Part shown: piece by piece, positions 21,547 through 31,110 of the stretch | Numbering within the stretch: the first letter of the stretch is position 1 | How the letters are laid out: each line of letters starts with the position of its first letter | Position numbers and translations under genes: made by a program | The notes under the pieces: model-generated | The model's database searches: none | What the model saw: the letters and a program-made list of their open reading frames with translations, nothing else | What the model was told of the DNA's origin: nothing | Assembly: GCA_044347345.1 (NCBI GenBank) | Contig: JBIKUX010000012.1 | Coordinates: 1-64,000 of the forward strand | Direction of reading: 5' to 3' | From: Bdellovibrionota bacterium | Lineage (GTDB): Bacteria > Bdellovibrionota_C > UBA2361 > JBIKUX01 | DNA length: 64,000 nt

Positions 21547-21643
21547 CTGCAAAAAATGAGGCACCAAATTTACGATTAACTTGTATTTCACGAAAGATTC
21601 TGCAAAGGATAAGAGAATGATAAATTTATAGTATAAAGGCGCA

Positions 21644-21997
21644 GTGGAACAAATTTCTGAATCTTTAATAACAATCGAACATTTTGCGCAAGTTGATCTA
21701 CGAGTTGGGATAATAACATCAGCTGAGCCAATTTCTTCTTCAAAAAAGCTTCTTAAACTACAAGTTGATATAGGTGAAAAAACAGGTTCACGACAAATAT
21801 TAGCAGGTATTGCAAAGTATTATAGCCCTCAAGATTTAATTGGTCGCCGTGTGGTGATAGTAGCTAACTTATCTCCTGCTACTTTGGCGGGCGAAACAAG
21901 CAATGGTATGGTGTTAGCTGGTGCCAGTGTAGACCGAGCGGTTCTAGAACTTATGTTACCTGGGGAATCTCTTCCTATCGGCGCTCGAGTTATGTAA
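21644..21997 (+). CDS. Stand-alone tRNA-binding OB-fold protein (MetG C-terminal domain / Trbp111 / CsaA family)
   Basis: FAQVDLRVG, KLLKLQVDIG, RQILAGI, VANLSP, SNGMVLA, GARV. Confidence 0.88.
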   Translation: MEQISESLITIEHFAQVDLRVGIITSAEPISSSKKLLKLQVDIGEKTGSRQILAGIAKYYSPQDLIGRRVVIVANLSPATLAGETSNGMVLAGASVDRAVLELMLPGESLPIGARVM

Positions 21998-22030
21998 ATT
22001 TTGTGTCTTACCTTTTTAATTAAAACTCTG

Positions 22031-22810
22031 ATGAATCATAATTTTATTGATTCTCACATTCATCTTGATGCGCCAGCTTACGAACAAGATAGAAACCTAG
22101 TAATTGACAGAGCTCTAAAAGCTGGAGTCTCGCAACTTATCACCATTGGCGCGGGATATGGAGTTGAGTCTGCCAGACGCGCTACCGAAATTGCGGCCAA
22201 CAACGCTTTTGTATGGGCAACGGTAGGAGTTCATCCGCATGATGCATCACAGGAAATGTCGATGCTGGAGTTAAAAATCCTCGCCGAACATCCTAAAGTA
22301 ATTGCAATTGGTGAAACCGGCCTTGATTTTGTTAAAGACCTATCCGACAAAAAAGATCAATATTCCGTATTTGAGCAACAGATAGCCTTAGCTAAAGAAT
22401 GTAAAAAGCCCTTAATTATTCATTCAAGAGGCGCCGGAGAGGAGTGCCTTCAAATTCTAAAGACAAATAATGCGGATAAAGTTGGAGGAGTATTTCATTG
22501 CTTCGCCGAAGATGCCTCGTTTGCCGAAAGACTTTTAAGTTTAAATTTTCTAGTATCCTTTGGTGGTATCTTAACTTTTAAAAACGCCAAAAATGTCAGA
22601 GCTGCCGCAACTTCCATTCCCTTAGAGCAGATTATACTCGAAACTGATGGACCCTTTTTAGCGCCAGAGCCTTATCGAGGCAAAAGATGTGAAAGTTCCT
22701 ATATTACCATCATTGCCCAACAGCTTGCAGCAATAAAAAACGTAGATGTTGAGGAAGTTGCCCATGTAACTTTTGAGTCAACAAGAAAGTTGTTTCAATT
22801 GCCAATATGA
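22031..22810 (+). CDS. tatD: TatD family hydrolase
   Basis: IDSHIHLD, GVHPH, IGETGLD, IHSR, FHCF, ETDGPFLAP. Confidence 0.93.
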   Translation: MNHNFIDSHIHLDAPAYEQDRNLVIDRALKAGVSQLITIGAGYGVESARRATEIAANNAFVWATVGVHPHDASQEMSMLELKILAEHPKVIAIGETGLDFVKDLSDKKDQYSVFEQQIALAKECKKPLIIHSRGAGEECLQILKTNNADKVGGVFHCFAEDASFAERLLSLNFLVSFGGILTFKNAKNVRAAATSIPLEQIILETDGPFLAPEPYRGKRCESSYITIIAQQLAAIKNVDVEEVAHVTFESTRKLFQLPI

Positions 22811-23664
22811 ACAAGATAGAGCCATTGCTACAGACATCTCAATTAACCGTTAAAGCTGTCCTCTACGGTTATTTGCGTCTAGATGGAGGGGCGATGTTTG
22901 GGCCTGTTCCTAAAACTTTATGGAGTAAAAAAGTACCCGCGGATGAACAAAATCGCATCCTCCTCGCAATGAGAGGTCTGCTGATAGAGACCCATCTTCA
23001 GAAAATTTTAATTGATTGCGGTGCTGGTAATTGGTGGGATAAAAAACGGCAAGATATTTATGGAATAAAATATTTGCCCCTTCCAATTAATGCAAAGGAT
23101 ATAACTGACATTGTAATATCTCATCTTCACTTTGACCACGCAGGCGGTCTAGTAAAACGTGCATCAGATGGGCACCTTCAGGCCTTATTTCCTCAAGCTA
23201 CGGTGCATTTACAAAAAGCTAATTGGGAAAATGCATGTAATCCACATAGGCGAGAGCAAGAAAGTTATCTCATAGAAGTGATTAATTGCGTCCGGAATTA
23301 TCGATTAAATTTGATTGATGGAAGTGCAAATCTCTTTCCTTTTTTATCCGTAGTACCTGCTAATGGTCATACCACAGGTCAACAGATGGTAAAAATAGAA
23401 GAAAAAAATACGACAATTTGGTTTGCTGGCGATGTTATTCCCACTATTAATCATCTTCATCCGGCCTACCACATGGGCTATGACATGTGTGCTAAATCAG
23501 GCCTTGCAGAAAAATATTGGCTACTTGAGCAAGTTGCAAACGATAAAGCTTGGCTTGCATTACCTCATGATACTGACTTAGCTGCTGTTCGTATTGACCC
23601 TGTAAACAGCCTTTCTAAATCTTCATCTGAACAGAATAAATACACAGTAGTTAAAAAGCTTTAA
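22807..23664 (+). CDS. MBL-fold metallo-hydrolase (YtnP-like)
   Basis: LDGGAMFGPVPKTLW, SHLHFDHAGG, GHTTG, MGYD. Confidence 0.88.
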   Translation: MNKIEPLLQTSQLTVKAVLYGYLRLDGGAMFGPVPKTLWSKKVPADEQNRILLAMRGLLIETHLQKILIDCGAGNWWDKKRQDIYGIKYLPLPINAKDITDIVISHLHFDHAGGLVKRASDGHLQALFPQATVHLQKANWENACNPHRREQESYLIEVINCVRNYRLNLIDGSANLFPFLSVVPANGHTTGQQMVKIEEKNTTIWFAGDVIPTINHLHPAYHMGYDMCAKSGLAEKYWLLEQVANDKAWLALPHDTDLAAVRIDPVNSLSKSSSEQNKYTVVKKL

Positions 23665-23760
23665 TCGAATAAGCTACTGCTAGGTTACTCTATCTTGCAA
23701 ACGTTGTTAATCGTTGTACATTTTTAGATTATGCCACTAATTTTAGTTACGTTTGTGGGT

Positions 23761-24546
23761 TCAGTCTGGCCCCCCTCTCACTCCCAGCCGGTTAATACTG
23801 GGCAAACTAAATAACACTTGTAATATGTTACCCGTATCAAGGGTATAATCGTCTGGGGGCGTTAACAATACCGTTAATTCAGTGAAGCTCATGACCTGCT
23901 CCTTAATGCTACTGTCATTTTGAAAGCATCGAATGAATAACTCTAGAATTTTGTTAATTAATTGCGAATCTGGTAATTGGTAAAGAGCGAATTCAAATAC
24001 ATTATTCTGTTTATCATCCGGATTGCAATTACTTTGAGGGTAGTTCCTTTTAATTGACTCAAAAGCCCGTATAAAGTAATCTCCATATATAGACGCAGCT
24101 GTCAAGCAGTTAAGAATGCTTGGGTTGATCTTAAACCGTCCATTTTCTTCGTTTGTAGAATTATACGGTCGCACGTGCTTTAAATTGTCTTGTACTTCCC
24201 AATCCAATGTATTTTTTTCTTTTCCACTTGAGATATTAAATTCTACCGCTTGTGCCAGAACTGTGAGCCAAATGGGATAAATGTTGCATAAAATCTTACG
24301 GTCTCCTACTTTTGTAGGATACAACGAACCATTGCCTAAAACAAAAAAAAGCTCAGCGGCATTACCAGCCACTTTGACACATTCATTAAACGATTGGCCA
24401 TTCACTTGGTGATAAGAGTTTTTGGCTTGTCTACTCCGTAAAAAGTCCAGAGCTCGTAGGATTAAACTAACCGTCTGGCGACTGTCACTGTCGGAAATAC
24501 TGCCTGGCGGTGTGTTATTGGTACTACTTGGTTGAGTCGTTAACAT
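23761..24546 (-). CDS. Hypothetical protein (orphan-like, Ser/Thr/Pro-rich N-terminus)
   Basis: 261-aa ORF filling the gap between two + strand genes; no recognisable motif. Confidence 0.55.
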   Translation of the reverse strand: MLTTQPSSTNNTPPGSISDSDSRQTVSLILRALDFLRSRQAKNSYHQVNGQSFNECVKVAGNAAELFFVLGNGSLYPTKVGDRKILCNIYPIWLTVLAQAVEFNISSGKEKNTLDWEVQDNLKHVRPYNSTNEENGRFKINPSILNCLTAASIYGDYFIRAFESIKRNYPQSNCNPDDKQNNVFEFALYQLPDSQLINKILELFIRCFQNDSSIKEQVMSFTELTVLLTPPDDYTLDTGNILQVLFSLPSINRLGVRGGPD

Positions 24547-24572
24547 AACATAGTTATACTAACTATGTTATG
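24544..24572. repeat. Perfect 13-bp inverted repeat with 3-nt spacer
   Basis: CATAACATAGTTA-tac-TAACTATGTTATG. Confidence 0.8.
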
Positions 24573-24652
24573 GAATAAGCAAGTCTTTCAAATAAATTTT
24601 ACTGAGTATAACGTGAGATAAAGAGAACTAACTAATATTAGGCAAAAAAACT

Positions 24653-25705
24653 ATGCCTTTTACTAATACTCCACATAAATTTTACCTTTCTAGTGAGCCT
24701 TTATTTAACAGTAACTCACTTAGTTACCAACGCCCATCTAAGGCACTATGTTGGTACACTTGGACAGTAGTAATAGCTGTTCTGCTACTTATCTTTAAAG
24801 GAGCTCTCGTTACAAGCCATAATGCTGGACTCGCCGTACCTGATTGGCCTACAACATTTGGTGAAAACATGTTTCTTTATCCATATCGATTATGGATTGG
24901 GGGCGTATTCTACGAACATGGGCACCGAGTTCTTGCATCTGTGATAGGGGTTTTAACAGTAGTTCTCTCTATGTGGCTTTGGCTAAAACCACCAAGTTTT
25001 ATTTTGAAAATTTTAGGATGCGCTGCTTTTGGCATAGTATGCTTACAAGGAACATTAGGTGGCCTTACCGTTATCTACCAACTCCCAGATATTATTTCTA
25101 TCGCACATGGTATTTTAGGCCAAACATTTTTTTTAGTTACTATTACTATAGCTTTTTTAACTAACGAAATACGAAAAGAAAATTCTATTAATAGCTCATT
25201 ATCTACAAAGATATCCGTGTCATACATAGGCTGCTTTGCCACAGCGACACTATACCTTCAGCTACTACTTGGAGCCATGACGAGACACGGAGAGGCAGGT
25301 CTAGCTGTACTTGACTTTCCAACAATTGGAGGAAGCTACATTCCCCTCTTTAATTCAACAATGATGGAAGCAATTAACCAACTGCGTGAAGCAAAATTCA
25401 TGGCGCCAGTATCAGTTTATCAAGTAACTTGTCATGTCCTACATCGCTTTGGAGCAATAATTGTAGCTGGGATGCTTTGCTATTTTGCGACGAAGACTCT
25501 AACTCAAAACCCTAAAATGTTAATGCCTGCTTTCTGGGTTCTCATCCTAACTTTAGTACAAATAGTTCTTGGGATAGCCACAATACTCAGTGGACGTCAG
25601 CCGTTAATTACAAGTTTTCATGTTTTAACAGGAGCAATATTGCTCGGTTTAACTTGGTGGCTTACTCTCAGCACACCGAGTCAACAGCAAAAAAACCCTA
25701 CTTAG
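24653..25705 (+). CDS. ctaA: Heme A synthase (COX15/CtaA family)
   Basis: AGLAVPDWP, EHGHR, QGTLGGLTV, HG, LHR, H in the last helix; about 8 TM. Confidence 0.85.
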   Translation: MPFTNTPHKFYLSSEPLFNSNSLSYQRPSKALCWYTWTVVIAVLLLIFKGALVTSHNAGLAVPDWPTTFGENMFLYPYRLWIGGVFYEHGHRVLASVIGVLTVVLSMWLWLKPPSFILKILGCAAFGIVCLQGTLGGLTVIYQLPDIISIAHGILGQTFFLVTITIAFLTNEIRKENSINSSLSTKISVSYIGCFATATLYLQLLLGAMTRHGEAGLAVLDFPTIGGSYIPLFNSTMMEAINQLREAKFMAPVSVYQVTCHVLHRFGAIIVAGMLCYFATKTLTQNPKMLMPAFWVLILTLVQIVLGIATILSGRQPLITSFHVLTGAILLGLTWWLTLSTPSQQQKNPT

Positions 25706-25727
25706 ACTTCAATACGACAGAGAACCC

Positions 25728-26357
25728 TTGAAACAGAAGACCTCACACGATTTAGATCAATCTTTGGAAAAACAAACTTCCTTTGCAATTAAAAACGAAG
25801 AGATTCCAGTAAAAATCCTGAAGGAAGAATGCCGGTCTCAATTTGGGCATCTCACCGTAATTTCAGAAGAGATTCTCCTAAAGAATAATACCGTAAAAAG
25901 TTTTCATATAATCGACCATCCGGGTGCCGTAGTAATTATCCCCGAGATTACTAAAGATAAGTTTCTGTTAATCAAACAATATCGCCACTCGATTAGAAAA
26001 TGGATTTATGAGTTCCCAGCAGGAACACTTTCTCAATATGAAAGTCCGGCGCAATGTGCTAGGAGAGAACTTGAAGAAGAGACAGGATATCAATGTCAAA
26101 ATTTAATCTCTCTAGGAGAGATTTTACCAGCCCCTGGATTTTGTAATGAAATCCAGTATGGCTTTGTGGCTAAAAATCTCACCCCTACCGGTGACAGCGC
26201 TCATAATCACGCTACAAAGGATGAAGATGAATATATCGAAGTAGAAGAATTTTCCTTACAAAAAATTTTAAATCTTGCCCGCGATGGCCTTCTACAAGAC
26301 GCTAAATCGTTAGCCTTCCTTTTAAAGCTTGAGTTAAGTAAGAATTACGCAGCTTAA
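25728..26357 (+). CDS. NUDIX hydrolase (ADP-ribose pyrophosphatase-like)
   Basis: HPGAVVI, QYR, Nudix box EFPAGT...ARRELEEETG, PGF, DEDEYI; start uncertain. Confidence 0.88.
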   Translation: MKQKTSHDLDQSLEKQTSFAIKNEEIPVKILKEECRSQFGHLTVISEEILLKNNTVKSFHIIDHPGAVVIIPEITKDKFLLIKQYRHSIRKWIYEFPAGTLSQYESPAQCARRELEEETGYQCQNLISLGEILPAPGFCNEIQYGFVAKNLTPTGDSAHNHATKDEDEYIEVEEFSLQKILNLARDGLLQDAKSLAFLLKLELSKNYAA

Positions 26358-27019
26358 AACTTATTTTCTAAGCTGGGATCAACTAATTTCACAAGCCTAA
26401 CAAATTTTTCGCGACTTCTGTGCTCCGGCACCGGAAAGTCTCCCCTAGTGGCATTATCAAAATGAATAAATTCAATTTGACCCCCCTTTAGCTTATCTAG
26501 AGCAACAAACCATCGAAACTGCAAGACCGATGTTTGACCAATTAACCGAGAAAGAAAGGTGGAGGAAAAACATTCACCCGAAAAAGTTACACTGTTAACT
26601 ATTGAACCAGAAAATTTTAATGCTGCCCTCAGATGTTCTGGAAAACCCTCTGGAACGTGCACGCTCCGTTTTACCTTGTATACTAAAGTACCCGTACCAG
26701 CGCGAGTCTCCATGTAAGAAGTATGCCATGAAAAATACCATGAACCGCCTAGTTTTTTATTACACTCGCTAACATCATCAGCAACATGAATTTCTCCGTG
26801 TACGATAAAAAGCGGTGCATTATCTTCTAAACCAAAACCTTTAATATTTTCAAGCTCCACTCCGTATGCTGCACCAGATGGTAATAATTCCTCGTAAATA
26901 AAACCGGCAACATCATTAAGAGCTCCAGGAATAGTCACCGGTATCTCCATCACAAATTTTCCTGTTCCTCTTGAGGAAAAAAAACGTTTTTTAAAAGTAT
27001 AGCCAGATATCAGCTCCAT
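26354..27019 (-). CDS. Hypothetical protein
   Basis: 221-aa ORF with a strong AGGAGG RBS; no recognised motif. Confidence 0.7.
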   Translation of the reverse strand: MELISGYTFKKRFFSSRGTGKFVMEIPVTIPGALNDVAGFIYEELLPSGAAYGVELENIKGFGLEDNAPLFIVHGEIHVADDVSECNKKLGGSWYFSWHTSYMETRAGTGTLVYKVKRSVHVPEGFPEHLRAALKFSGSIVNSVTFSGECFSSTFLSRLIGQTSVLQFRWFVALDKLKGGQIEFIHFDNATRGDFPVPEHRSREKFVRLVKLVDPSLENKF

Positions 27020-27135
27020 ATTACCTCCTGTGCTCGACTAATAAAAAGACTCTGACAGAATTAGAAAATTCTAACTAGAGTCGATTGAGTGAAGCAAGTT
27101 TTTATACACCGTAAGTAGCATAGGCTAAGATAAAA

Positions 27136-28521
27136 ATGCTATCAGTAATTTTAGTAGAAAACTCAGGAACAGAGCGCACTGCTTTACTCGATGAAGTAAA
27201 TTTACTGCTTAGCGAAGTGCGCACTACCACTTCTATACTAGCACAAATTAAATTCAACACCGCTACACCCGAAGAACTTCGATTTATTTCACCTCCTGAC
27301 ATAATAATTTTGGGTACCAACTTATGCTTAAACCACCGTGAAATAGTTGCTAAACTGTGTAAAGAATTTCAGCAAATTAAAAAAATTACAGCTATTCCAA
27401 AAACAGCACACTTTCCTAATATTGTAGATGAGCTTTTTACAATCGGACTAACTGACGTAAACTGTGGTGCATGGACAACAGAAACTCTTTATACAGCACT
27501 TACCAAAGCTTCAAGAGACCAAAAACATCAAGAAGGTGGCACCATTGTGACCGTTATTGGCACGCAAGGTGGTTTAGGAGCTACAACTCTCACTGCCGCT
27601 CTCGGATCTATATCAACAAATTCAAAAGAAAAAATTACATTAATTGACCTTGATACTGAGTATAGAGCATTAAGTCGATTTCTAAGGGTTCGTCCCCTAT
27701 TTAATGAGTATCTCGACTTATTGCTGCAAGGAAACTTACCCTTACGCGAAGACACCGTTGCGCAAGTCCAATTTCAAATTGAATTGTCTGATGGCAAACT
27801 ATCCTGCGTACCTCCAGCAAGAGACTGTGGTCACCTTGTAGATATTCACCATAATCAAGCTCGCTTACTATTTTCTATCTTACAAATACTGCACTTATCG
27901 TGTGATTTACTTCTTATAGATGCAGCGCTTGCACGAGGGACTTTTCTTCAAGGACTGCTGAGAGTATCAGATACTGTGATTCTTTTAACAAGTAATGACC
28001 CTGCTCTTGTTCCAGCAACTATAGAGCGACTTGGTCAAATAAACCGATCAGTAGCTCCTTCTACACAAGTTTTACTTGTAAACGTTGGAAAAAATACTGA
28101 TGGCCTTCCTCACAGTATTTTACGCGATGAATACGAACGACTTGGAGGGTTAGATTACGCTGAGTGGTTTTTTCATCCTATACCTTATTGTTCAAAAGCC
28201 CGAAGATGGCCTGGTTCTGGCTCCACGGCTATTTCATATGGTAGTAAGCACTACTGTGAAGCAATGAGAGCTTTAGCGGTAGAAACTCGACTACAAGAAT
28301 CAACTTACAGCTACCAGTCTATTATACCATTTAACAAAAGAATTCTTGAGATGCCCCAAAAAACGCTCTCTTATTTCAAGGATGTATTTCGATCAAGAAG
28401 TATTAAACATGAAGATAAAATAATTTCTTTGCCTCCCATAAGTTTAACTGGAGATTCAACGACTAAAAACGGCAATTTAATGCTGGAAGCAGCTCCAAAT
28501 AGTGCTCAAAAAAACCAATAA
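27136..28521 (+). CDS. CpaE/TadZ-like pilus assembly protein (pseudo-receiver + MinD-like domain)
   Basis: Degenerate deviant Walker A GTQGGLGATT, LIDLD, LLIDA; position ahead of flp-cpaB. Confidence 0.75.
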   Translation: MLSVILVENSGTERTALLDEVNLLLSEVRTTTSILAQIKFNTATPEELRFISPPDIIILGTNLCLNHREIVAKLCKEFQQIKKITAIPKTAHFPNIVDELFTIGLTDVNCGAWTTETLYTALTKASRDQKHQEGGTIVTVIGTQGGLGATTLTAALGSISTNSKEKITLIDLDTEYRALSRFLRVRPLFNEYLDLLLQGNLPLREDTVAQVQFQIELSDGKLSCVPPARDCGHLVDIHHNQARLLFSILQILHLSCDLLLIDAALARGTFLQGLLRVSDTVILLTSNDPALVPATIERLGQINRSVAPSTQVLLVNVGKNTDGLPHSILRDEYERLGGLDYAEWFFHPIPYCSKARRWPGSGSTAISYGSKHYCEAMRALAVETRLQESTYSYQSIIPFNKRILEMPQKTLSYFKDVFRSRSIKHEDKIISLPPISLTGDSTTKNGNLMLEAAPNSAQKNQ

Positions 28522-28534
28522 AAATGGAGACAAC

Positions 28535-28750
28535 ATGAAATGTATAAATAAACACTCAAGGTGTAGAAAAAGCAATCGCGAGCATGGTTATAGCATGCTT
28601 GAATACGCGGCTGGTGCTGCCATTATTCTAGCTATTTTATACGGTGCGATGAACCTCCTTGAAGGAGGTGTTACAAATCTTTTTTCATCAATAAGCGACT
28701 GGGCTACAAGTCATGGTGACCACTTAAGAAATCAGCGACCGAATCAATAA
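28535..28750 (+). CDS. Flp (type IVc/Tad) prepilin
   Basis: Basic leader ...REHG|YSMLEYAAG with E+5/Y+6 and a hydrophobic helix; GGAG RBS before ATG 28535. Confidence 0.85.
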   Translation: MKCINKHSRCRKSNREHGYSMLEYAAGAAIILAILYGAMNLLEGGVTNLFSSISDWATSHGDHLRNQRPNQ

Positions 28751-28771
28751 AGGAATGTTTCAAAAGGTAAA

Positions 28772-29680
28772 ATGGTTAAACGAAAAAGTTCCCTTCAGTT
28801 TAAAAGAACTCGAGGCATTCCCTTACCTGTAGTACTAGTAATCTGTGGGGTATCAATAATCCTTACTATTCTTGTTTTGAAAAAATCGCTACCATCTGTA
28901 ACCCAATCCTCACAACCTAATACAATCGTAGTGGGTGAATTTGACACTACTGATGTCATTGTTCCGGCTAGACCAATAGCGGCTGGTGAACAACTAAGTA
29001 ATGTTCCGATGCTTAAAATAAAATATCCGCGTCATCAGCTCATTCAAGGAGCATTACAAAGCCTCGATGGCTTTCAAAAAGCTCGAGCTAAAACCTCCCT
29101 TCCCGCAAATATTCCCTTAATACCACAAAATCTAACAATCAATGATGAAGCATTAAATCAAGTAATTCAGCGCATTCCGCCTGGAATGAGAGCAATGACT
29201 GTTAAAGTGGATGCTACGAGCTCTGTCGAAGGATGGGCAACATCAGGCTCAGTTGTCGACGTAATTATGATAACAAAAGCTGCTACATCAGTTATAGCTG
29301 AACGGGTAAGAATCTTATCAACAGAGCATAGTACCGATAAGCCAAGCGAACTAGCACCATCAGTATCAGTACCATCTACTGTCACTTTACTCGTCACTCA
29401 GGAGCAATGTTTAGCAATTAATACGGCCACTCAACATGGTCGACTCGCTTTTGCTTTAAGAAGTCAGGATGATGAGCATAGTTGGCAGGAGCCTCACTTC
29501 AAGGCCAGATATCTGGAAAAAAATGACGCTCTTTCGGGTGATAAGACTAACGTAGCTATCGCTGTTGTAAAAGAGCCTAAGGGTGACTCTCATACCTTCA
29601 CTCTTATCGATAATCAGTGGCGGAAAGTAGAAAAAGCTGAAAGTCCCGATAAAATTCTCAGTCAAACTAATCTCGAATAA
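28772..29680 (+). CDS. cpaB: Flp pilus assembly protein CpaB/RcpC
   Basis: TM, SAF-like domain, IPPGMRAMTVKVD...VEGW...GSVVDV, TVTLLVT, LAFALR. Confidence 0.9.
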   Translation: MVKRKSSLQFKRTRGIPLPVVLVICGVSIILTILVLKKSLPSVTQSSQPNTIVVGEFDTTDVIVPARPIAAGEQLSNVPMLKIKYPRHQLIQGALQSLDGFQKARAKTSLPANIPLIPQNLTINDEALNQVIQRIPPGMRAMTVKVDATSSVEGWATSGSVVDVIMITKAATSVIAERVRILSTEHSTDKPSELAPSVSVPSTVTLLVTQEQCLAINTATQHGRLAFALRSQDDEHSWQEPHFKARYLEKNDALSGDKTNVAIAVVKEPKGDSHTFTLIDNQWRKVEKAESPDKILSQTNLE

Positions 29681-29700
29681 TTTTATTGGTAGGCGCTATC

Positions 29701-31110
29701 ATGAAACGAAGTAGGTGGGATAATATCTCTGAACTTACTCACGATGAAAGTCTTTTGCCGCAACTCAAGCTCACACCACAAATATCTAATTCTGCATCAA
29801 AGCAGACAGAAAACAATCTTTATCCAGCTTTATCTTATTTACTAGATGAAGTTAGGAAAGAATTATCCTTGGTTGGAACATCATTAGATATTGCTACACC
29901 AACAACTCTGCTTCTTGAATTAGTCGAGCGTCAAGCAATTAAATTGAGTCTCGAGCTTACTAACGGAGAAAGAGATTTACTTCTTAAAATTCTTGAAAGA
30001 GAACAGGAACATTTTGGCATACTTCAGTCTCTAATCGATAACACCGATGTAACTGATATAATAGTATCAGACTACCGAGATATAGCTATTCAGCAATGTA
30101 GAAACACGATAACTACTGATGCCCATTTTTCTAGTCAACAAAGCTATGAAGCATTTGTTGAAAAACTTCTTTCTCGCGCCGGAACCTCTTACTCCACAAA
30201 AAAGCCAATTGCTGATGGAATGATCGGAAGTGATGTGCGAATCCATGCTGTACACAGGTCTTTATGTGAATCTGGTCCCTATCTGACTCTGCGTATACAT
30301 CGTCATCAGAATGTACCACAAAATGCGCTTGCAAACATGGGCTTCTGCCCGCCTCAGATCGAAAATTATCTTGGAGCTCTTGCTAGTGAGGGTCACACAT
30401 TTTTAATTGTAGGAGAGGTAGGCACCGGAAAAACCACACTTGCTCGCGCTCTAGCATCTCACATTCCTGAGAGAGAAAGCATTCTTGTTATCGAAGATAC
30501 ACCAGAAATAAGACTCTACCATCCTCACGTTCGTTATATACGAACACGCGAATCAAATACCGAAGGAGAAGGTAAAATCGCACCATCCTCATGCATTAGA
30601 GCGGGTATGAGAATGGCAATGAACAGAATTATTTTTGGAGAGATTCGTGATGCAGAGGCTGCTGAGGCCTTTATTGACGTATGTTCATCTGGTCATCCAG
30701 GTATATCTACATTTCATGCTAGAAGCGCATCAGAAGCCGTTACCAGGTTAGAACTCCTTTTGGGGCGTTCACAACCAGGCGTAGGTCGTGACATGCTTCT
30801 TAATCAAATTGGTACAGCAGTAGAGGTATTAATCCATGTAGGCGTTTGCCCGTTAACTAAAGAACGGAGAATTTTTGAAATTCGAGAGATTGGTGGATTT
30901 GCTGATGGCGTAGTACGGTATCGAGATATTTTTAAGTATCAGTGCATACGAGATTCTCCAACATGGAAACTCACTAGTAGAGCGTCAATGCTTAAAAATG
31001 AGGATGGCGGACATTTTTTACAAGGCCTTCCTCCTCTCCTAACTTTGATTGAAAACGTTAGAGCTAAATCTGAAAGTAAGCTAATTTCTGAAGCTGGAGC
31101 AAAAAAATGA
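29701..31110 (+). CDS. cpaF: Tad secretion ATPase CpaF/TadA
   Basis: VTDIIV, Walker A GEVGTGKTT, IEDTPE, RIIFGEIRD, GHPGISTFHA. Confidence 0.92.
   Translation: MKRSRWDNISELTHDESLLPQLKLTPQISNSASKQTENNLYPALSYLLDEVRKELSLVGTSLDIATPTTLLLELVERQAIKLSLELTNGERDLLLKILEREQEHFGILQSLIDNTDVTDIIVSDYRDIAIQQCRNTITTDAHFSSQQSYEAFVEKLLSRAGTSYSTKKPIADGMIGSDVRIHAVHRSLCESGPYLTLRIHRHQNVPQNALANMGFCPPQIENYLGALASEGHTFLIVGEVGTGKTTLARALASHIPERESILVIEDTPEIRLYHPHVRYIRTRESNTEGEGKIAPSSCIRAGMRMAMNRIIFGEIRDAEAAEAFIDVCSSGHPGISTFHARSASEAVTRLELLLGRSQPGVGRDMLLNQIGTAVEVLIHVGVCPLTKERRIFEIREIGGFADGVVRYRDIFKYQCIRDSPTWKLTSRASMLKNEDGGHFLQGLPPLLTLIENVRAKSESKLISEAGAKK

Noticed and set aside
24538-24564. Chromosomal dif site
   Set aside because: The spacer is 5 bp rather than 6, and I see no strand-bias switch here; kept only as a low-confidence remark.
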